From NCBI GenBank assembly GCA_032718475.1, contig JAUCBJ010001989.1, forward strand, positions 1 through 64,000: 64,000 bases of DNA. Reading direction: 5' to 3'. Each line of letters opens with the position of its first letter. The first letter of the stretch is position 1. The notes beneath the pieces are model-generated. The model ran no database searches. It worked only from the letters and a program-made list of their open reading frames with translations, and was not told the origin of the DNA. This DNA is from Nemertoderma westbladi. Taxonomy: Eukaryota; Animalia; Xenacoelomorpha. Below, piece by piece: positions 27,756 through 40,591 of this stretch. Position numbers and translations under genes: made by a program.

Positions 27756-28586
27756 ACTACTACTACGATCGGCATGCTGCATTGCAGCTGCATTATATAT
27801 ATCTTACATATATATTAAGAAGGCTGTGCCGACTTGTCGACGAAATTGCGCCGCCACAACTCCCTATCACCCATGACATTTGCTAGATCATCCGCATATT
27901 CATGGCCAGTGTCTTTAAAGATGCGTCTCAAGAACGTTATGGGCTGTCCACCAAGCTTACTCGCTCCATGAGGGCGCCAAAGCACGAGATTATGCACTGG
28001 CTGGTCATCACGGCGAAAGCAATGTCCTGCAAAGCGGGGGCGGTGCCGTTCAAGTGTCAAGCTATGGGAGATTAATGGAACTCCTCCAATTTTGTATAGA
28101 GTCTGATTGGAGATGTGTTCATTGTACTTCACAAAATGAACACGGCGCAACGTTCTTGTGAATGTGCCATCCAGAGATTTGGTATCCTCTGCAGTTAGAG
28201 CCCAGCAGCATGGACTCCCATATAAGAGAACTGGTACTACTACTACCATAAATAATCGAACCTTAAGGTTCCGTTGTATTCTATGGGACTTCCAAATCCT
28301 AGACAGACTATTTAACGCTGCCCATGCCTTCCCCTTACGTATCCGAAGGTCTTCACCTGACTTTCTGATCCATGATCCCAAGTAGCAGAAGTCATCCACG
28401 TGCTCAGCAAGCCGTCCCTAGAGCTTATGGCCTTACGATCAGACATTTATTGAGGGCTGTCAAGGTTCACTGTCATACTTTTGGTCTTCTTGGAGATTAC
28501 AAAAAGACAAACACTAGAAGCAACCTCGTCCAATGAGCAGAGGAGCCTTTGGGCTCCCTCTAGTGATTCTAACAGTACCCCTAAGT
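27756..28586 (-). mobile_element. 5'-truncated, decayed RTE-like LINE copy (same family as 41973-43180)
   Basis: ORF 27815-28399 (DDFCYLGSWI...LLYGS..WALT...RFAGHCFRR) is nearly identical to the C-terminus of ORF 42016-43089. It shares the same 3' end, TGCAGCTGCAATGCAGCATGCCGATC plus a (TAG)n tail. Frameshifts occur upstream of 28400. Confidence 0.92.
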
Positions 28587-28696
28587 GGTACTGTCAGTAG
28601 TAACCTAAATAATACCCTAGACAATGATTTTTCGTCAATAGACTCACCCCACCCCCCCCCCCCCCCCCCCGTATTAGAATTGTGTTTCTTACTCAC

Positions 28697-28858
28697 CCAA
28701 CAAATCAGAATCAACCGCTGATAAACGGATTACGCTGCTGTAGGCTGGCGACATTATCTGCATGGAACCAACGTAGGGAATATTTTCAGCTGGAAATACT
28801 GGCGGTGCGTCATCCACATTGGTAACTATGACAACCAATTGAGCGACATCGCGTACCA
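28697..28858 (-). CDS. Giant cadherin-like gene, exon 15 (cadherin linker; not in the supplied ORF track)
   Basis: Acceptor TTTTATTCCCATCAG, donor G|GTGAGT, phase 1-1. Translates VVRDVAQLVVIVTNVDDAPPVFP...LSAVDSD, with DxxDxxPxF and AxDxD cadherin motifs. Confidence 0.9.
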
Positions 28859-29567
28859 CTGATGGGAATAAAATAATGTTATATAAGTTATAAGTTATAA
28901 ATATTAATTATTAATTTTCAATATTTAATTTAATAAGTCTGGCAGTTCGTTTCCAGCTACTCATTTTAACTATCGTATACGTAAAATCTTATAATATCGC
29001 TTTCTCGCAAATAATTTAACCTTCGGGTATAACGCCCCCTAGCGGTGTCCTGGATAACCGCCTAGTGATAAACGTTCTCATAAAAAGGCAACCAATGCTG
29101 CAGTACATATCTGCTAAATTTTAGTTTGAAAAGTCTGAGTCTGATTGTGTAATTTCTGGAGCGGTTTTGCCACTCCAGCTAACCGAAATAATTGCCCAAA
29201 TGAATGTAAAATACACAGTATAACAATAACAAAATAGCCCAAATTTATTACATATTACGCATTCACGCAAACATTAAATTATAAACGCGTGAAACAAGGC
29301 TCAAGATAGCGACGGTTCATGCCCCCCTACGGATTTCCCAGGACAGTATACAGATGGTCTGCGTAATGTAAGTACTTGGTTTAGTATCTATTCTGGTGTA
29401 CCGAAACAGGCCTAAATCCTATGCTGAGTCCAATGGACGCTGCTACTGAATTATGGATACTCACATTGACCCGTCATATAAAGTCACCTACCGTAAGTTA
29501 TACGTACATTATACGCCTCCTGTCCTCCGGGATTATATTATATCGAATTGCAATAATTTTGTATTAC

Positions 29568-29779
29568 CTGCACCGTCCCGCAGTGCGATAGATAATGAAT
29601 ATTCTTTCCCACTTTCATAATCTAAAGACTTTTTGAGAACAACTTGGTTATTGTCTATATGGAATATATTGAAAGGGTTTCCATTGGATATCTCGTAGAC
29701 GGACCCGGTAGGTGGGTCGGGTAGTTTATCGCCGATCGGTTTGTCAGTGCTAACAGACTCGGGTACGTGAATCATTCCT
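29568..29779 (-). CDS. Giant cadherin-like gene, exon 14 (cadherin domain)
   Basis: Acceptor CATTTTGCAG, donor CAG|GTAATA, phase 2-1. Motifs VPES, YEISNGNP..FHID, LDYE. Confidence 0.9.
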
Positions 29780-30062
29780 CTGCAAAATGTACAAAATTAT
29801 TATTCTAAGGTCGGGGAAAAAATAGACGGAAAACAAATTATAAAGGTAGTATAAAGGTCTTACTGTAGTATAAATTTTATAAATTTTATAAAGTTTCTCA
29901 TGAGAACGGCTGAGCGAATAATAGTTGCTAAAGAAAGAAAATATAAGGGTTTCACATATAAAGGTAGCATCAAAGAGGGTACACAATTAAGCAACACATA
30001 TTTTAATTTAGTTTAATTAAATTAATTAAACTAATACGATAATACTAAATGCAATAACGACA

Positions 30063-30720
30063 ATGGCCTTAGACCTACAAAAACATCCGATCCCGGCAGT
30101 AGCTATATTAAATTCTGCTTCACAAGTTAGGCCTGATGTGTGTAGGTTCTTCTACTGGCTCAAGTCCTACCTGTCAAAAAGAGGTCAAACTGTAGTCGTT
30201 AGCAAAATACAGACTATTGTACAAAAATTAGCCCGTGGTGTCCCGCAAGTTAGTATATTTGGTCCCCTACTTTTCGTATGCTATGTAAATGATATGATAG
30301 ATCTCGATTTTCCAACCGGTTTACAGGCCGACGAGAGTGCTCTTATTTTCTCTCATACAGATCCTGTCCATATTTCTCGATGGTTAAGTGGAGTACTACA
30401 ACACTGTGGTGCGTGGTTTGTTTAAGCTATCCTTTCACTACGGTAATACGTAATGTATTTTTTTTGGATCCAAACGAAAGTAAAAATATGTGAATAAGTT
30501 CGAAGACATTTGTGAGTAGTTTGAAGTGGATTAAGCATGGTGAAAAATATTTTCTCGAAAGTTAACAGTAAACTTAAGTTACTTTTCAGAACTATAAATA
30601 GTGTAAATACCGATTTCTCACAAGTTGCTTTGCTCTTCTTTAATACAAAATCATCTAGAATATGCCTGCAATTCTTGGTAGGAAGGCTTAACCAAACACC
30701 AATGTAAATTCCAATTACGG
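30063..30720 (+). mobile_element. Degenerate CR1/L2-clade LINE reverse-transcriptase fragment, antisense to the host gene
   Basis: WLKSYLSKRGQTV...GVPQVSIFGPLLFVCYVNDM...QADES is a decayed GVPQGS.LGPLLF..YIND / YADD. A downstream HLEYACNSW-like remnant is present. Multiple stops; ends approximate. Confidence 0.8.
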
Positions 30721-30954
30721 TTTAAGTGTGATTTATGATATGTACTTCATGCAAATAGATACATATTTTTCTTGGGGTCTGGACAAATTTTAATTAATTT
30801 CGTTTTATATCAGTTTTATAGCTTGAATAATAATGTATTTGTAACCAAGTAACATAAAGGACCCCCTTGGAAATAAGCTGCAAATATTTAGAGGTAATCC
30901 TATAGGTTATGTTGGACAGACAATAGCTACTGTATATACATTGTTTGGTGTATT

Positions 30955-31846
30955 GACCCCCCCTTTCGTCACAAATCGTCACGAAATGGCTACCCCCCCT
31001 ACCCCCCTCCCCTATGTCACGTCACACTATATAAAATTAAATGATTACTCTTATAATATTAGAACAATAAATCTGGAATAAATTTGTCAACTATAAACTA
31101 TAGCTATAATGCTCCCATGGGCACGACAGGTGGTCTATAATGCTTATAATGGCCATTGGTCTATCAGCTACTGGGTGTGGGTTCGCAGGGGATTGATAAT
31201 CAAAAAGGGTTTTGGAACTACCGCTAACTTGAAGGGATATAAGATTTTTAGTAAAACTTTCGATGCAAAGTAAAGATGACATTCTTTACAAACACAATCT
31301 CTAATTTTACCAATTATGGAAGGGCAGTAGAGGTTGTAAGGTAAGATTTTAAGAGACAGGGGGGAAACTGGACGCAAAACCCGCCTTGGCGAAAATATCC
31401 CGCCTCAATGTTAAATTCTCAATTTAGGGAAAGGAGGAGGTTACAGTGGCACGTTATTTTAACCAAAACAATAAACTAAGCACAATAGAACAGGTTACAG
31501 TTTTATTTTTGAGAATAATCAGCTGTTATTTGCGTCCAATTTCCCCTGGAGCGGGATTAATATTTATTACGTCCATTCCTCCCCCCCCCCCCCCCCCCCC
31601 CACATGGAGTTTTAATGGTTGTCATTGGAAGAGGTAATCGTTTAATAGTAAACACGTTAATAGTATACACGTTTAATAAGTATACAAGTATACACGTTAT
31701 GTATTTAATATACAGTAATTTTATCGGAAACTTATAATGTGACGTCACGATATTGCGGGCACCCCCCCTCCCCCTCGTCACAAATCGTCACGAAATACCA
31801 AACCTCCTCCTCCCTGTCCAGCGTGACGTCATTTATGGATGACCCT
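30955..31846. mobile_element. Non-autonomous DNA-transposon remnant with TIR-like right end and a transposase-like fragment
   Basis: Right end GCGTGACGTCATTTATGGATGACCC is TIR-like. Direct repeat CGTCACAAATCGTCACGAAAT at ~30967 and ~31776. Internal minus-strand fragment LPYNLYCPS...VCKECHLYFAS. No matching left TIR found. Confidence 0.5.
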
Positions 31847-32039
31847 TTATTAGACATTATAGTCACACGAAAAATGCTAAAATATAAGATATACGAAATT
31901 TTGTTTTGATTGTATTTCTATAATGTTTTTTTTGATTGCAGTGAAAAATGAGTTTGCGGATCTCATGCGCTTTTGGGGTGCATTATAATATTATTGATTT
32001 TCGTCAGTTGAAAGATGATATACCCAGAGATTTACTAAC

Positions 32040-32267
32040 AGGAATATTATTCCATTGGTGTCTTGTGATACACAAGGTTGGTTCACTGCATCCTTGAACA
32101 ATGTAATATCGAGTGGTTGTTTGCCAATAACCTTTTCCATACTCTGCACGATATCATCTTTCCAACCCGGCACGTTTTCTTCAGTCGATGTGAAATGATC
32201 CACCAAATTGGTCACCAAGTCGCATGATGTGGCTGTGCAGCTCACCCCGTGCATCAAAATCATTACC
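32040..32267 (-). CDS. Giant cadherin-like gene, exon 13 (MAD-like C-terminal half plus linker)
   Basis: Acceptor CATTTTTTGAAG, donor CT|GTTAGT, phase 2-2, consistent with both neighbouring exons. Lies within ORF 31991-32263. Confidence 0.72.
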
Positions 32268-32433
32268 CTTCAAAAAATGTGTTTTAATACTAGTTATCTT
32301 TATATATAGATACAGCTCCGGTCAGGGTAAAATATTCTAGGACTTAAAATCCAAACATTAAGTAAACACACCCACATATAAATATATAATACATCATATA
32401 TATCTTTTATCCTACAATTATTTGAAACACTAC

Positions 32434-32618
32434 CTGGATGGATCTGGTATGTTGCATTCCGTATCGTAAACTGGAAGTATTCGATCTATGGACATTGATG
32501 TGAGCGCGAAATTAGTCTGAAGTATTTCTTCCAGGGCAGTTTGATGGTTCATTACATCAGTTGGTGTAGCTCCGGACAATTGAAATTGAACTCTGTCAGC
32601 TTCAGTAACGACTAAAAT
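32434..32618 (-). CDS. Giant cadherin-like gene, exon 12 (MAD-like N-terminal half; not in the ORF track)
   Basis: Acceptor TTTTCTTTTTTGCATAG, donor AG|GTAGTG, phase 0-2. Translates ILVVTEADRVQFQLSGATPTDVMNHQTALEEILQTNF...VYDTECN. Confidence 0.85.
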
Positions 32619-32817
32619 CTATGCAAAAAAGAAAATGCATTAGATATTAGGTACTTCCATTTTACTCGCCTTTCTAACATGTGGGGCATAATTTCTAGAC
32701 AAATCACTTCCAGGCTAATTTATTAGGCATAAATCTGGCGATGGTCTAGTTCGGTTAGATTCTCTTGCAATTTACCTGTTTTCTAGAAGAAGGCACTATA
32801 ACTATGAAAATACGTGA

Positions 32818-33148
32818 GGTGGTCAGTGTGTGTTGTAGAACTATGTGGTGGTCAGTGTATGTGGTAGAACTATGTGGTGGTCAGTGTATGTGGTAGAACT
32901 ATGTGGTGGTCAGTGTGTGTGGTAGAACTATGTGGTGGTCAGTGTGTGTGGTAGAACTATGTGGTGGTCAGTGTGTGTGGTAGAACTATGTGGTGGTCAG
33001 TGTGTGTGGTAGAACTATGTGGTGGTCAGTGTGTGTGGTAGAACTATGTGGTGGTCAGTGTGTGTGGTAGAACTATGTGGTGGTCAGTGTGTGTGGTAGA
33101 ACTATGTGGTGGTCAGTGTGTGTGGTAGAACTATGTGGTGGTCAGTGT
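32818..33148. repeat. 29-bp minisatellite (GGTCAGTGTGTGTGGTAGAACTATGTGGT) x ~11.3
   Basis: GGTCAG recurs at 32821, 32850, 32879 ... 33140. Units are near-identical. Confidence 0.97.
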
Positions 33149-33155
33149 TACTTAC

Positions 33156-33347
33156 CCAAACTTTTGCGGTGTCCACCTTCTCTGCCTTTTCGTAAAGATC
33201 CACATCAAAATTATACGATTTTCCTGAATTATTTTCCATAGAGGTTATTAGATATATATTTCCATTGACAGGATTCAAACTAAAGGAACTGGATAAAGAT
33301 GAACCATCAGCTAATTTGTAGGAAACATCGATAGTTGGAGTTGTCAC
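33156..33347 (-). CDS. Giant cadherin-like gene, exon 11 (cadherin domain)
   Basis: Acceptor TTTTTTATGTAG, donor TGG|GTAAGT, phase 0-0. Translates VSYKL...FSLNPVNGNIYL. Confidence 0.88.
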
Positions 33348-33419
33348 CTACATAAAAAATACAGGTATATGGATATCTAGTGTTGTTGAAGAGCAATAAC
33401 CGCAGATGAGGTTGAAGTA

Positions 33420-33522
33420 GAACCACTTGGATTTGAACCTGTTAAAACTTAACACCTGTACCTGGATTCGAACCTGACATCTCTTACAATCCATGTGGTA
33501 ACTCTCTTCCACTCAGCTCCCC
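33420..33522 (-). mobile_element. tRNA-derived SINE-like head (Pol III A/B boxes)
   Basis: Minus strand has AGCTGAGTGG (A-box-like, 33518-33509), then GGTTCGAATCC (B box, 33474-33464) and a second GGTTCAAATCC (33439-33429). No clean cloverleaf. Confidence 0.55.
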
Positions 33523-35589
33523 ATAATATGAAATGATCACAAACTTTGATGGCCTTGAAAGGAGAGAACAACACGGGTTAGCCATCAGAAAAACTATAAA
33601 CTTAGGCTAAGCCCCAAATGACCAGGGTTAATATATTAAACCACATCTCATTCATTTCCATCTTTAGTGATACCGGTACACATTAAATAAAACTGCAGTA
33701 ACATACCAGGTGTTCCACAATGTCACAGAATTAAAAATCTGTATTTCCTCCATTTGCATTGCGAAAAGTAGACACTCATCTGGGAAAAGTTGATATAAGT
33801 TTCTCTGCCATCAGCCACACTTTCCAGCACAGAATTCAGGTGTTGTTTGAGTACAACTTATTTCATATCGTATTTTATATCGGTATTTTATATTGGTGCA
33901 ATATAGAGGTGCCTTGGGTAATCCTTTGTCCAGCTGATGAGGTGTCGATATTACCGCGTACTGGGTCTCAGACACCGAAACGCAACCATATTTTTGATAA
34001 AATTAATTATTTTTGCCCTAGTCCTACCCCTTTACGGCGACAAAATGTCATATATTTTTCCATAGAATATAGGCTTAGCTTTTGTGCAGTTTACTACCGG
34101 TATCATTTAGTGTATGGCGGTTAGGTTAGGGTTAGGGTGCGATACATACTTGTATGTTGAGCATGGTTTAATATATTTGTTTTTTGTTTATGTCATTCTT
34201 ATTTGTATTGTTTGTGTTGTTTTTTGATGGCCTTAGGGCTGAGTACTACTTTGGGCGTAATGTTTTGATTCTATGTTTTTTGTTAGTTTGGAGGGTATAA
34301 GACTCTAGGCTCTTACAATTAGATTTTATATCGGGTTGTTCCATCGGCTTTTCCATCTTTTCATTACTTTTGACTTTGCCACGATTAAGAAACATTTCTT
34401 TTTAGATGCCCGCGCTACTGATTTCTTAGGGCGGCCTGCACGCACACTCAGCAAGAATATCCTTAAATTCTTGTGAAAAAGAAAATGGTCTTCCAGTTGT
34501 TTTCACCTTCCGGCAATTATGTGGATCTCGATTCCTAGTTTCGCTTTACAAAATCTTCACTACGCATTACAGCATTATCTTCCCCGCGATCCACTTCCTT
34601 GATATTTGCACACCATTTGCCACAGAATCACGAGACTCTCTAAAAGAAACAGCTCTGATGCTATCAACCCAACCATACGCATTTCTTCAGAGTCATCGAA
34701 GATTGCACTGGAACTTGTGATTTTAATTACTTCTGTTAGGCCTAATTCAGTAAAATTAACAAAGAAACACTAATACCGGTAACCTAATACTGTAATATAT
34801 TGCAATACAGCAAAAGTCAGGCAGTAATAACGATTTAAACAGGGCTGCAAAGCTGATGACTAACGCTGGATAAATTATATTTTTTTTTTTGTGATTAAAT
34901 CAAAAATATTGAAAAATAAGATAGGTTTAACGAATTGCCTATAAAATTGTTTTACTTTAGTATTGGATCATCAATTTTTGCATGCTCAAAATTAAATTCT
35001 CTTTCGAATGGTATATTACACTAAGGTGCATGTCTGGCAGTTTTGGTTGGCCAGTGGGGGGGGGGGGGGGGGGGGGGGCAATCATTATGGAACACCCGGT
35101 ATAATACAGAAAAAGGCTAGGCCGACTGATTTATTTATTTACCTTCATGTAATCGATTTTTCGCGCCTCCGTAGGCAAACATACAAAATACACTTCCTCG
35201 GGACTCTGATTTTAATAACGAAATAATTATAATATAATTATTCCCCCTTTCCTTACTCAGTCGTAATATTTATCTCAAAATATTCGACGCAATATTCATC
35301 CCGAAAATATTCACCAAAATATTCTTCTAAGAATATTATCCCATATCTCACATTATGATTTATTGCCCCAACCCAGACATCCTTAGTCGTGGCGGGCGTG
35401 TCATCCTTGCCTGATCCGCCCAATACACTCCATCCAATGCACTATCCAGGGTCCATTGTTATGCAATACACCCCTTCCCTTACACCGGCCCCCAGCACGC
35501 AGCCTATGGCCGCCACCCAATAGCAGTAGGAAGTGATTGACAAGTCACCTTCAAAACTCCATCCAGGCACCAATATTAATTGGTCTATA

Positions 35590-36203
35590 TTATTGAGTAA
35601 TTATATTTAACATTATTTGAACGTAAAGTCTCTGCCTAGAAAGTCCACCCGCGCGCAGGTGATAATTTTGGGTCAACTCCATATTGACCCCACAGCAGGC
35701 TATAAATAGGGGCGCATCGGGACTAAAACTTCAAGAGTTTTCACTCTGCCTCAGGCATAACTGTTGAGCCCTGCTCCTCAGTACAGCAGAGGTCCCTGGC
35801 CTAGAAGTCAGCTCCTCTGTTCCGAGTTGGGGCCATCTTTGTTGCTGGATCGGGCCTGCGGAAGGCATTGCGGTCGACAGTAACTTAAGACGATTCCGCC
35901 GTTGGTCGGCTGTACTATCTGGCCTAAAAGCCAGCTCTGTTCCAAGTTGGGGCCCTCTTTGTTGCTGGGTCGGGCCTGTGAAAGGCTTTGCGGTCGCCAG
36001 TAACGTAAGACGATTCCGCCGTTGGTCTGAGCACATTGGCTAGACAAGCCCGGAGCGCTTGTGTGCTCGCTATTGCCTACCAGGCAAAAGTGGCAGCGTC
36101 TCCACCGATTCGGCTCTCCTGCCCACGGTAGTGCTGGTGCACTGTCCGCAGGCTATATGTTTATTTGTGGTTCGCCCGAATAAACCTCTATGGTCTGAGA
36201 ACA
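35590..36203 (+). mobile_element. Solo-LTR-like or other TE segment with TATA box, internal 120-bp-period duplication and polyA signal
   Basis: GC-richer island with TATAAATA at 35701, ~92-bp direct repeats at ~35815-35907 and ~35935-36027, and AATAAA at ~36179 followed by ...GAGAACA. Left end and TSD not identified. Confidence 0.4.
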
Positions 36204-37295
36204 AATTGCAGCTAACCTTTTAAGTCCAATCGGTACCACCCCTGTTTGGACTCAGACGGCAACCTGCTGTTCTGCACTATCGCCAATAGTTCCAATAGCG
36301 TGAAGCTGCACCAAGTTTATTACGACTTTATTAGCCCATGACTTTTTCACGATTTATTAAGACGTTTTTCAAAACAATTGATTATTATTAGATTTTTTCC
36401 CTTTATTTGTATATTTTTTCCGGTGTATTTTTAGCAAAACAAAACGGCTAAAAATACGATATATTTTCTCTGCTTTTGGATTATTTAGATGCTATACTTT
36501 GGATCCTAACGGACCCAAAGCATCCCTCACCCGGTTTCTATCTTTTTCCTCATCCCAGAGGTTTTTCTACAGTGTTACAGTAAGCTAATTAATTTCTTTA
36601 GAAGGAAGCAATATACAGTATTATTTGGGAAGAATAGAAAATCACTGATGTTTTTGTACTATATTGAAAAGTTGTGGATGTCCGTAAATAACAAGTCATT
36701 GAAGGACCGTGTTCAAGTGGAAATATTTATGTTAGCCGGAAAACCAAAACACTAAGCGAAAGTAGAGCTACCTGGAACCTTTTTGAGATTCAAGGCCGTT
36801 TTAGGAGCTTATCGTGCTAAGGAGAACGAGAAATCCATTACACTTCATTTATAGGGTACAAGTACCTGGAATCATAATTGTTGTTTTATTGGCAGGCTAA
36901 TAAGCGTTTAAGTAGACCAACTAATCCTAACCAAAACAATAAACCAAACATAGATGTTCGAAATGTAAAACGAAATAATGTCAAACAAACATGCCTCAAA
37001 TACTTAACTAAATAAGAGTACCTCATATTTTCAAATAGATTGCTGTGTGGTACTGGTCCACTAAACAAACCAGAATAGGTCAGTACAGTAGGTAACCAAA
37101 ACACTACACTAAAATATCTACAGAAACAGGCAACATAATAAGCTGCAAAGGTACTAACACTACTGTTCCGGTATACTGTACTGCTGTAGGGGGACTGCCA
37201 GACAGCTGAGATGCTGATTCTAGAGATACTCATTTTCACATACACGCCACGGTATGGAAATGTTTAACAGAATCAATTACTATAAATTATCTTAC

Positions 37296-37423
37296 CTGAA
37301 CACTGGCAATATTTGTATAAGCAGGTGTATCACTAGATATTCCAAATATGTAGGGGTATAGGGACTTCTCAAAGTTTGGTGAGTCCTTTACAAGTACAAC
37401 CGTTGCAATTGTCCTGGAAAGAC
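37296..37423 (-). CDS. Giant cadherin-like gene, exon 10 (cadherin linker; not in the ORF track)
   Basis: Acceptor TTTTATATTTTAG, donor CAG|GTAAGA, phase 1-0. Translates GLSRTIATVVLVKDSPNFEKSLYPYIFGISSDTPAYTNIASVQ. Confidence 0.88.
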
Positions 37424-38681
37424 CTAAAATATAAAAGCAAATACGATAGATTGATTTATTTTTCCGTTAAGTAAAACAACACCAATGGGATTACCATGCA
37501 CCATACGTACCAGGCTGACCAGGATTTGGAAGTGACATAAAATGCATCGGAAACGTAAGGTTCGACTGTTCCAACACTTCTGGGTGTCGATGCTGGGCTC
37601 TAACTGCTGGGGATACTAAATCTCTGGAAGGCACATTCACAATAATGCTACGTCGGGATCACTGTGTCAAGTATAATCTAACCAGACAATATACAACATT
37701 CGAGGTGTCTTATTCACCCCCCCCCCCCCCCCCCACCAAACACAAAGCAGCCACCGCTTCACAGGGCATTTGTTTTGCTGTGTAGACCATCCTGTACACA
37801 ATCTTGTGCTTTGGCTGCCTCATGGAGATAATGGATGAAACAGTGCATGATTTTGTTGAGAGGACTCTGGAAGGACACTGGACTTGAAGTTGCGTATAAT
37901 TTCGCAAAAGTCATCGGGAATATGGAGTTGTGGTGGGTCAATTTTTCAATAAGCTGGGATAGCATTCTTAATGCAAGTTGTATTGCACCATGCAGATTGT
38001 GACTTGCATATAGTGGCAGCACAATTTTATTGTAAAGCCGGCATAGCAATCTCAATGTGCAGGTTCAATGCATCAGGCCGATTATATTAGTCGTATACGT
38101 GTACTAGGGGAGGGAACAGCCCGGAATTTTTCTAGGGTCCGGTTAAGACAAACAAATTAATAATAGGTATAGAGCATTTAAGGAGGGTCTGTAATTTTTC
38201 AGCGATTTTAGGCGCAATTCACCATTCCAATGAAAACAAAGGTACAACTACGATATTAGCAATAGGCACCCCTATGATATTTTTAGGATGTTATACTTTT
38301 TCTAAGACCTCCTGCGTGCATTTTGGAATACAGTACTCTGGTACAAACTTTATACATTTCTGTCACTCTAGAACACGAGGAGCGCATGGAGGACCTCTAC
38401 CAATGACTTGCCACCTTCTTCCTCGACTAAAACATCCTCATTTGTGAATCCGGAATCCCCATATTGATGCCCCATGGCCTGCCCATAGCCAAAGAAGAAG
38501 ATATGCAACCATCTTTAGAAAATCCACGTACGTGTTTGGAATGTCCCATTTTTTACAGCGAGGTGAAACTTTACTGGAAAAGTTTAAAACGCCTCATACT
38601 ATTTGATTAAAAGACTTGACACAAATAGTTATAATGAGTGCTGATACAGTAAGTAACTTTATACTGCGATTAGGCACATAC

Positions 38682-38890
38682 CTGTATTGGTATCCAAGAT
38701 AAAATTCAAAACATGATTCGATGCGACATCGTAATCCAATGATTTAATCAAGGAAATCTTTCCATTGTTATCGACATTGAATGTGTCGCTTGTAGGGTCT
38801 ATATGGTAACCTTCTATAGACGGGTTGGTTGGTAGTTGACCTATCACAGTTCCCGGGGACTCATTCTCTTTAACCGTTATCTCTGGAGAC
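38682..38890 (-). CDS. Giant cadherin-like gene, exon 9 (cadherin domain)
   Basis: Acceptor CTACATTTCAAG, donor CAG|GTATGT, phase 2-1. Translates VKENESPGTVIG...FNVDNNGKISLIKSLDYD. Confidence 0.9.
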
Positions 38891-39462
38891 CTTGAAATGT
38901 AGATACAAAAATTGTATGTGATTATTAATGTTTAATATATTATATGAAAATTGTGCTATATATCTATGCTCAAATTCATTAATGATTAATGAACATTGTT
39001 GTTGAATAATCTCACTTCACTTCAGTCACATGTTTCAATATTTCATAAACCCACTTCGCTTGTTCATAAAAGTATTTGCACATGAGACTACAGTAAAATA
39101 AAGTCCTTCTTTATACCCAATATAATAATAATAAAGCTGATCCCTGAATCTAACAAAAACAAACTAAAACTTGGTGAACGGGTGCTGCAGGTATTAGCTG
39201 TTTCAGTTTTTCGTCCATCAAGCTGATTTTTTCGTTTAAAAAATATATTAGGATAAAGATTGATTGAGCTATATAAAGTTGCAGTGACACATATTATAAT
39301 GTAATACAACTTTTCCACTACCATGAAAGTGATCATGATCCACATTATTGTTGAAAAATCAACCTGACATAGCATTTTCCAGAACAAATTGATGGGTTCA
39401 ATGGTGACCATGTGGTTCCGTTTTAATATTTAGTCTTTATTTTCTTCCATAATGCCACTTAC

Positions 39463-39564
39463 CAATTAACGGTGTGTCCATATCCGAGATCGCAAACTGT
39501 AGGCAGGGCGAAATTGAGAAAGTGTTTATCTTCTGGTAGAACCCGGTCTATTTCCACAGATATA
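39463..39564 (-). CDS. Giant cadherin-like gene, exon 8 (MAD end/linker)
   Basis: Acceptor TTTCTGTGTTACAG, donor TG|GTAAGT, phase 2-2, open frame. Confidence 0.78.
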
Positions 39565-39955
39565 CTGTAACACAGAAATATGAATACTGAAATCAATTCG
39601 GAAGAAAATTTAGACCAACAACTATGGCTGGAGTCATCCATGTTCACAGTCAACTCATTAGCAGTAAACTATGTTGACAGGTAGTCGAAATAGCTGAATA
39701 AAATATACCACTAATATTGTTTACTGTCAGAATTTATAGGTATTGTGTGTATGCCCTCAACCTACACCAGGAATGAATATGTTGTAATATATTCGTATGA
39801 ATATTTGTATTCAAAATATGCACGGAAATACTTCATAAAATGTGTTCAGGTAGGGTGAGCACATATATAGCAATTATTGAGTATCCTCTACCTGTGTACT
39901 TATAACCAAATGTTAAACAGCAGTTTTCACACTTAAAAAAGGAATTGAACACTAC

Positions 39956-40165
39956 CTTTCGCTAAATGGTAATAATCTTGATTGGATCTGTTGACCGGCT
40001 AGTATTACGGACTTGGTATCCTCCCTAGCATAAGCTACCACAGAAATGGTTGAAGTAGTGGGGTCATATTCGCACTGATCGGTTATGCCGGGAGTAATAG
40101 AAACACCCATCACGTTGACATGCAGCAAAGGTGGACTGCTCTTCTCTAAATAATATCTCAATATC
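39956..40165 (-). CDS. Giant cadherin-like gene, exon 7 (MAD-like domain)
   Basis: Acceptor TTTTAATTTTACCAG, donor AG|GTAGTG, phase 2-2. Translates ILRYYLEK...TDQCEYDPTTSTISVVAYA. Confidence 0.82.
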
Positions 40166-40454
40166 CTGGTAAAATTAAAACAAGAATAAGGATGATATTT
40201 AAATAATTAAAACCCTGACAAAAGCTTGTTATAGACATCTAAGTTTAACTTGTCCCATTTACAAGTTCACTTACAGTAAATAAATGACAATTGTTAATGA
40301 AATTTGCCAAAAAATAAAAATATTGTGATACAATTTTGAGCATTAATATTCAAAGTAATAATAATGTACAACCCATTTTATTTCAACAGAAAATAAGTAC
40401 CGAAAAATATTAATTTATTATGTAGTAGATTTATAAGATTATTGATAAACTAAC

Positions 40455-40591
40455 TCAGTTATAAATGACGAACTGCCATGTAGTAGTGCAGCTGATATGT
40501 CAGTCGTAACAGCTAACCGACTATCTCTATTATATCCACAGATACTCAATTCATCATGGTTAGGGGTTGTTACGCCATCACTAACGTCAAC
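40455..40591 (-). CDS. Giant cadherin-like gene, exon 6 (cadherin end plus MAD start; not in the ORF track)
   Basis: Acceptor TTTCACATTCTAG, donor GA|GTTAGT, phase 0-2. Translates VDVSDGVTTPNHDELSICGYNRDSRLAVTTD. Confidence 0.8.

Noticed and set aside
31991-32040. GIIFLLVNLWVY as a transmembrane segment
   Set aside because: It is too short and mostly lies beyond the in-phase donor at 32039.
33420-33522. Functional tRNA gene
   Set aside because: A/B boxes are present but there is no convincing acceptor or anticodon stem, so it is treated as SINE-like.
28652-37734. Poly-C/G runs (~28652, 31581, 35055, 37717) and the poly-Pro/Gly ORFs they create
   Set aside because: These are intronic homopolymers common in TE debris, with no coding support.
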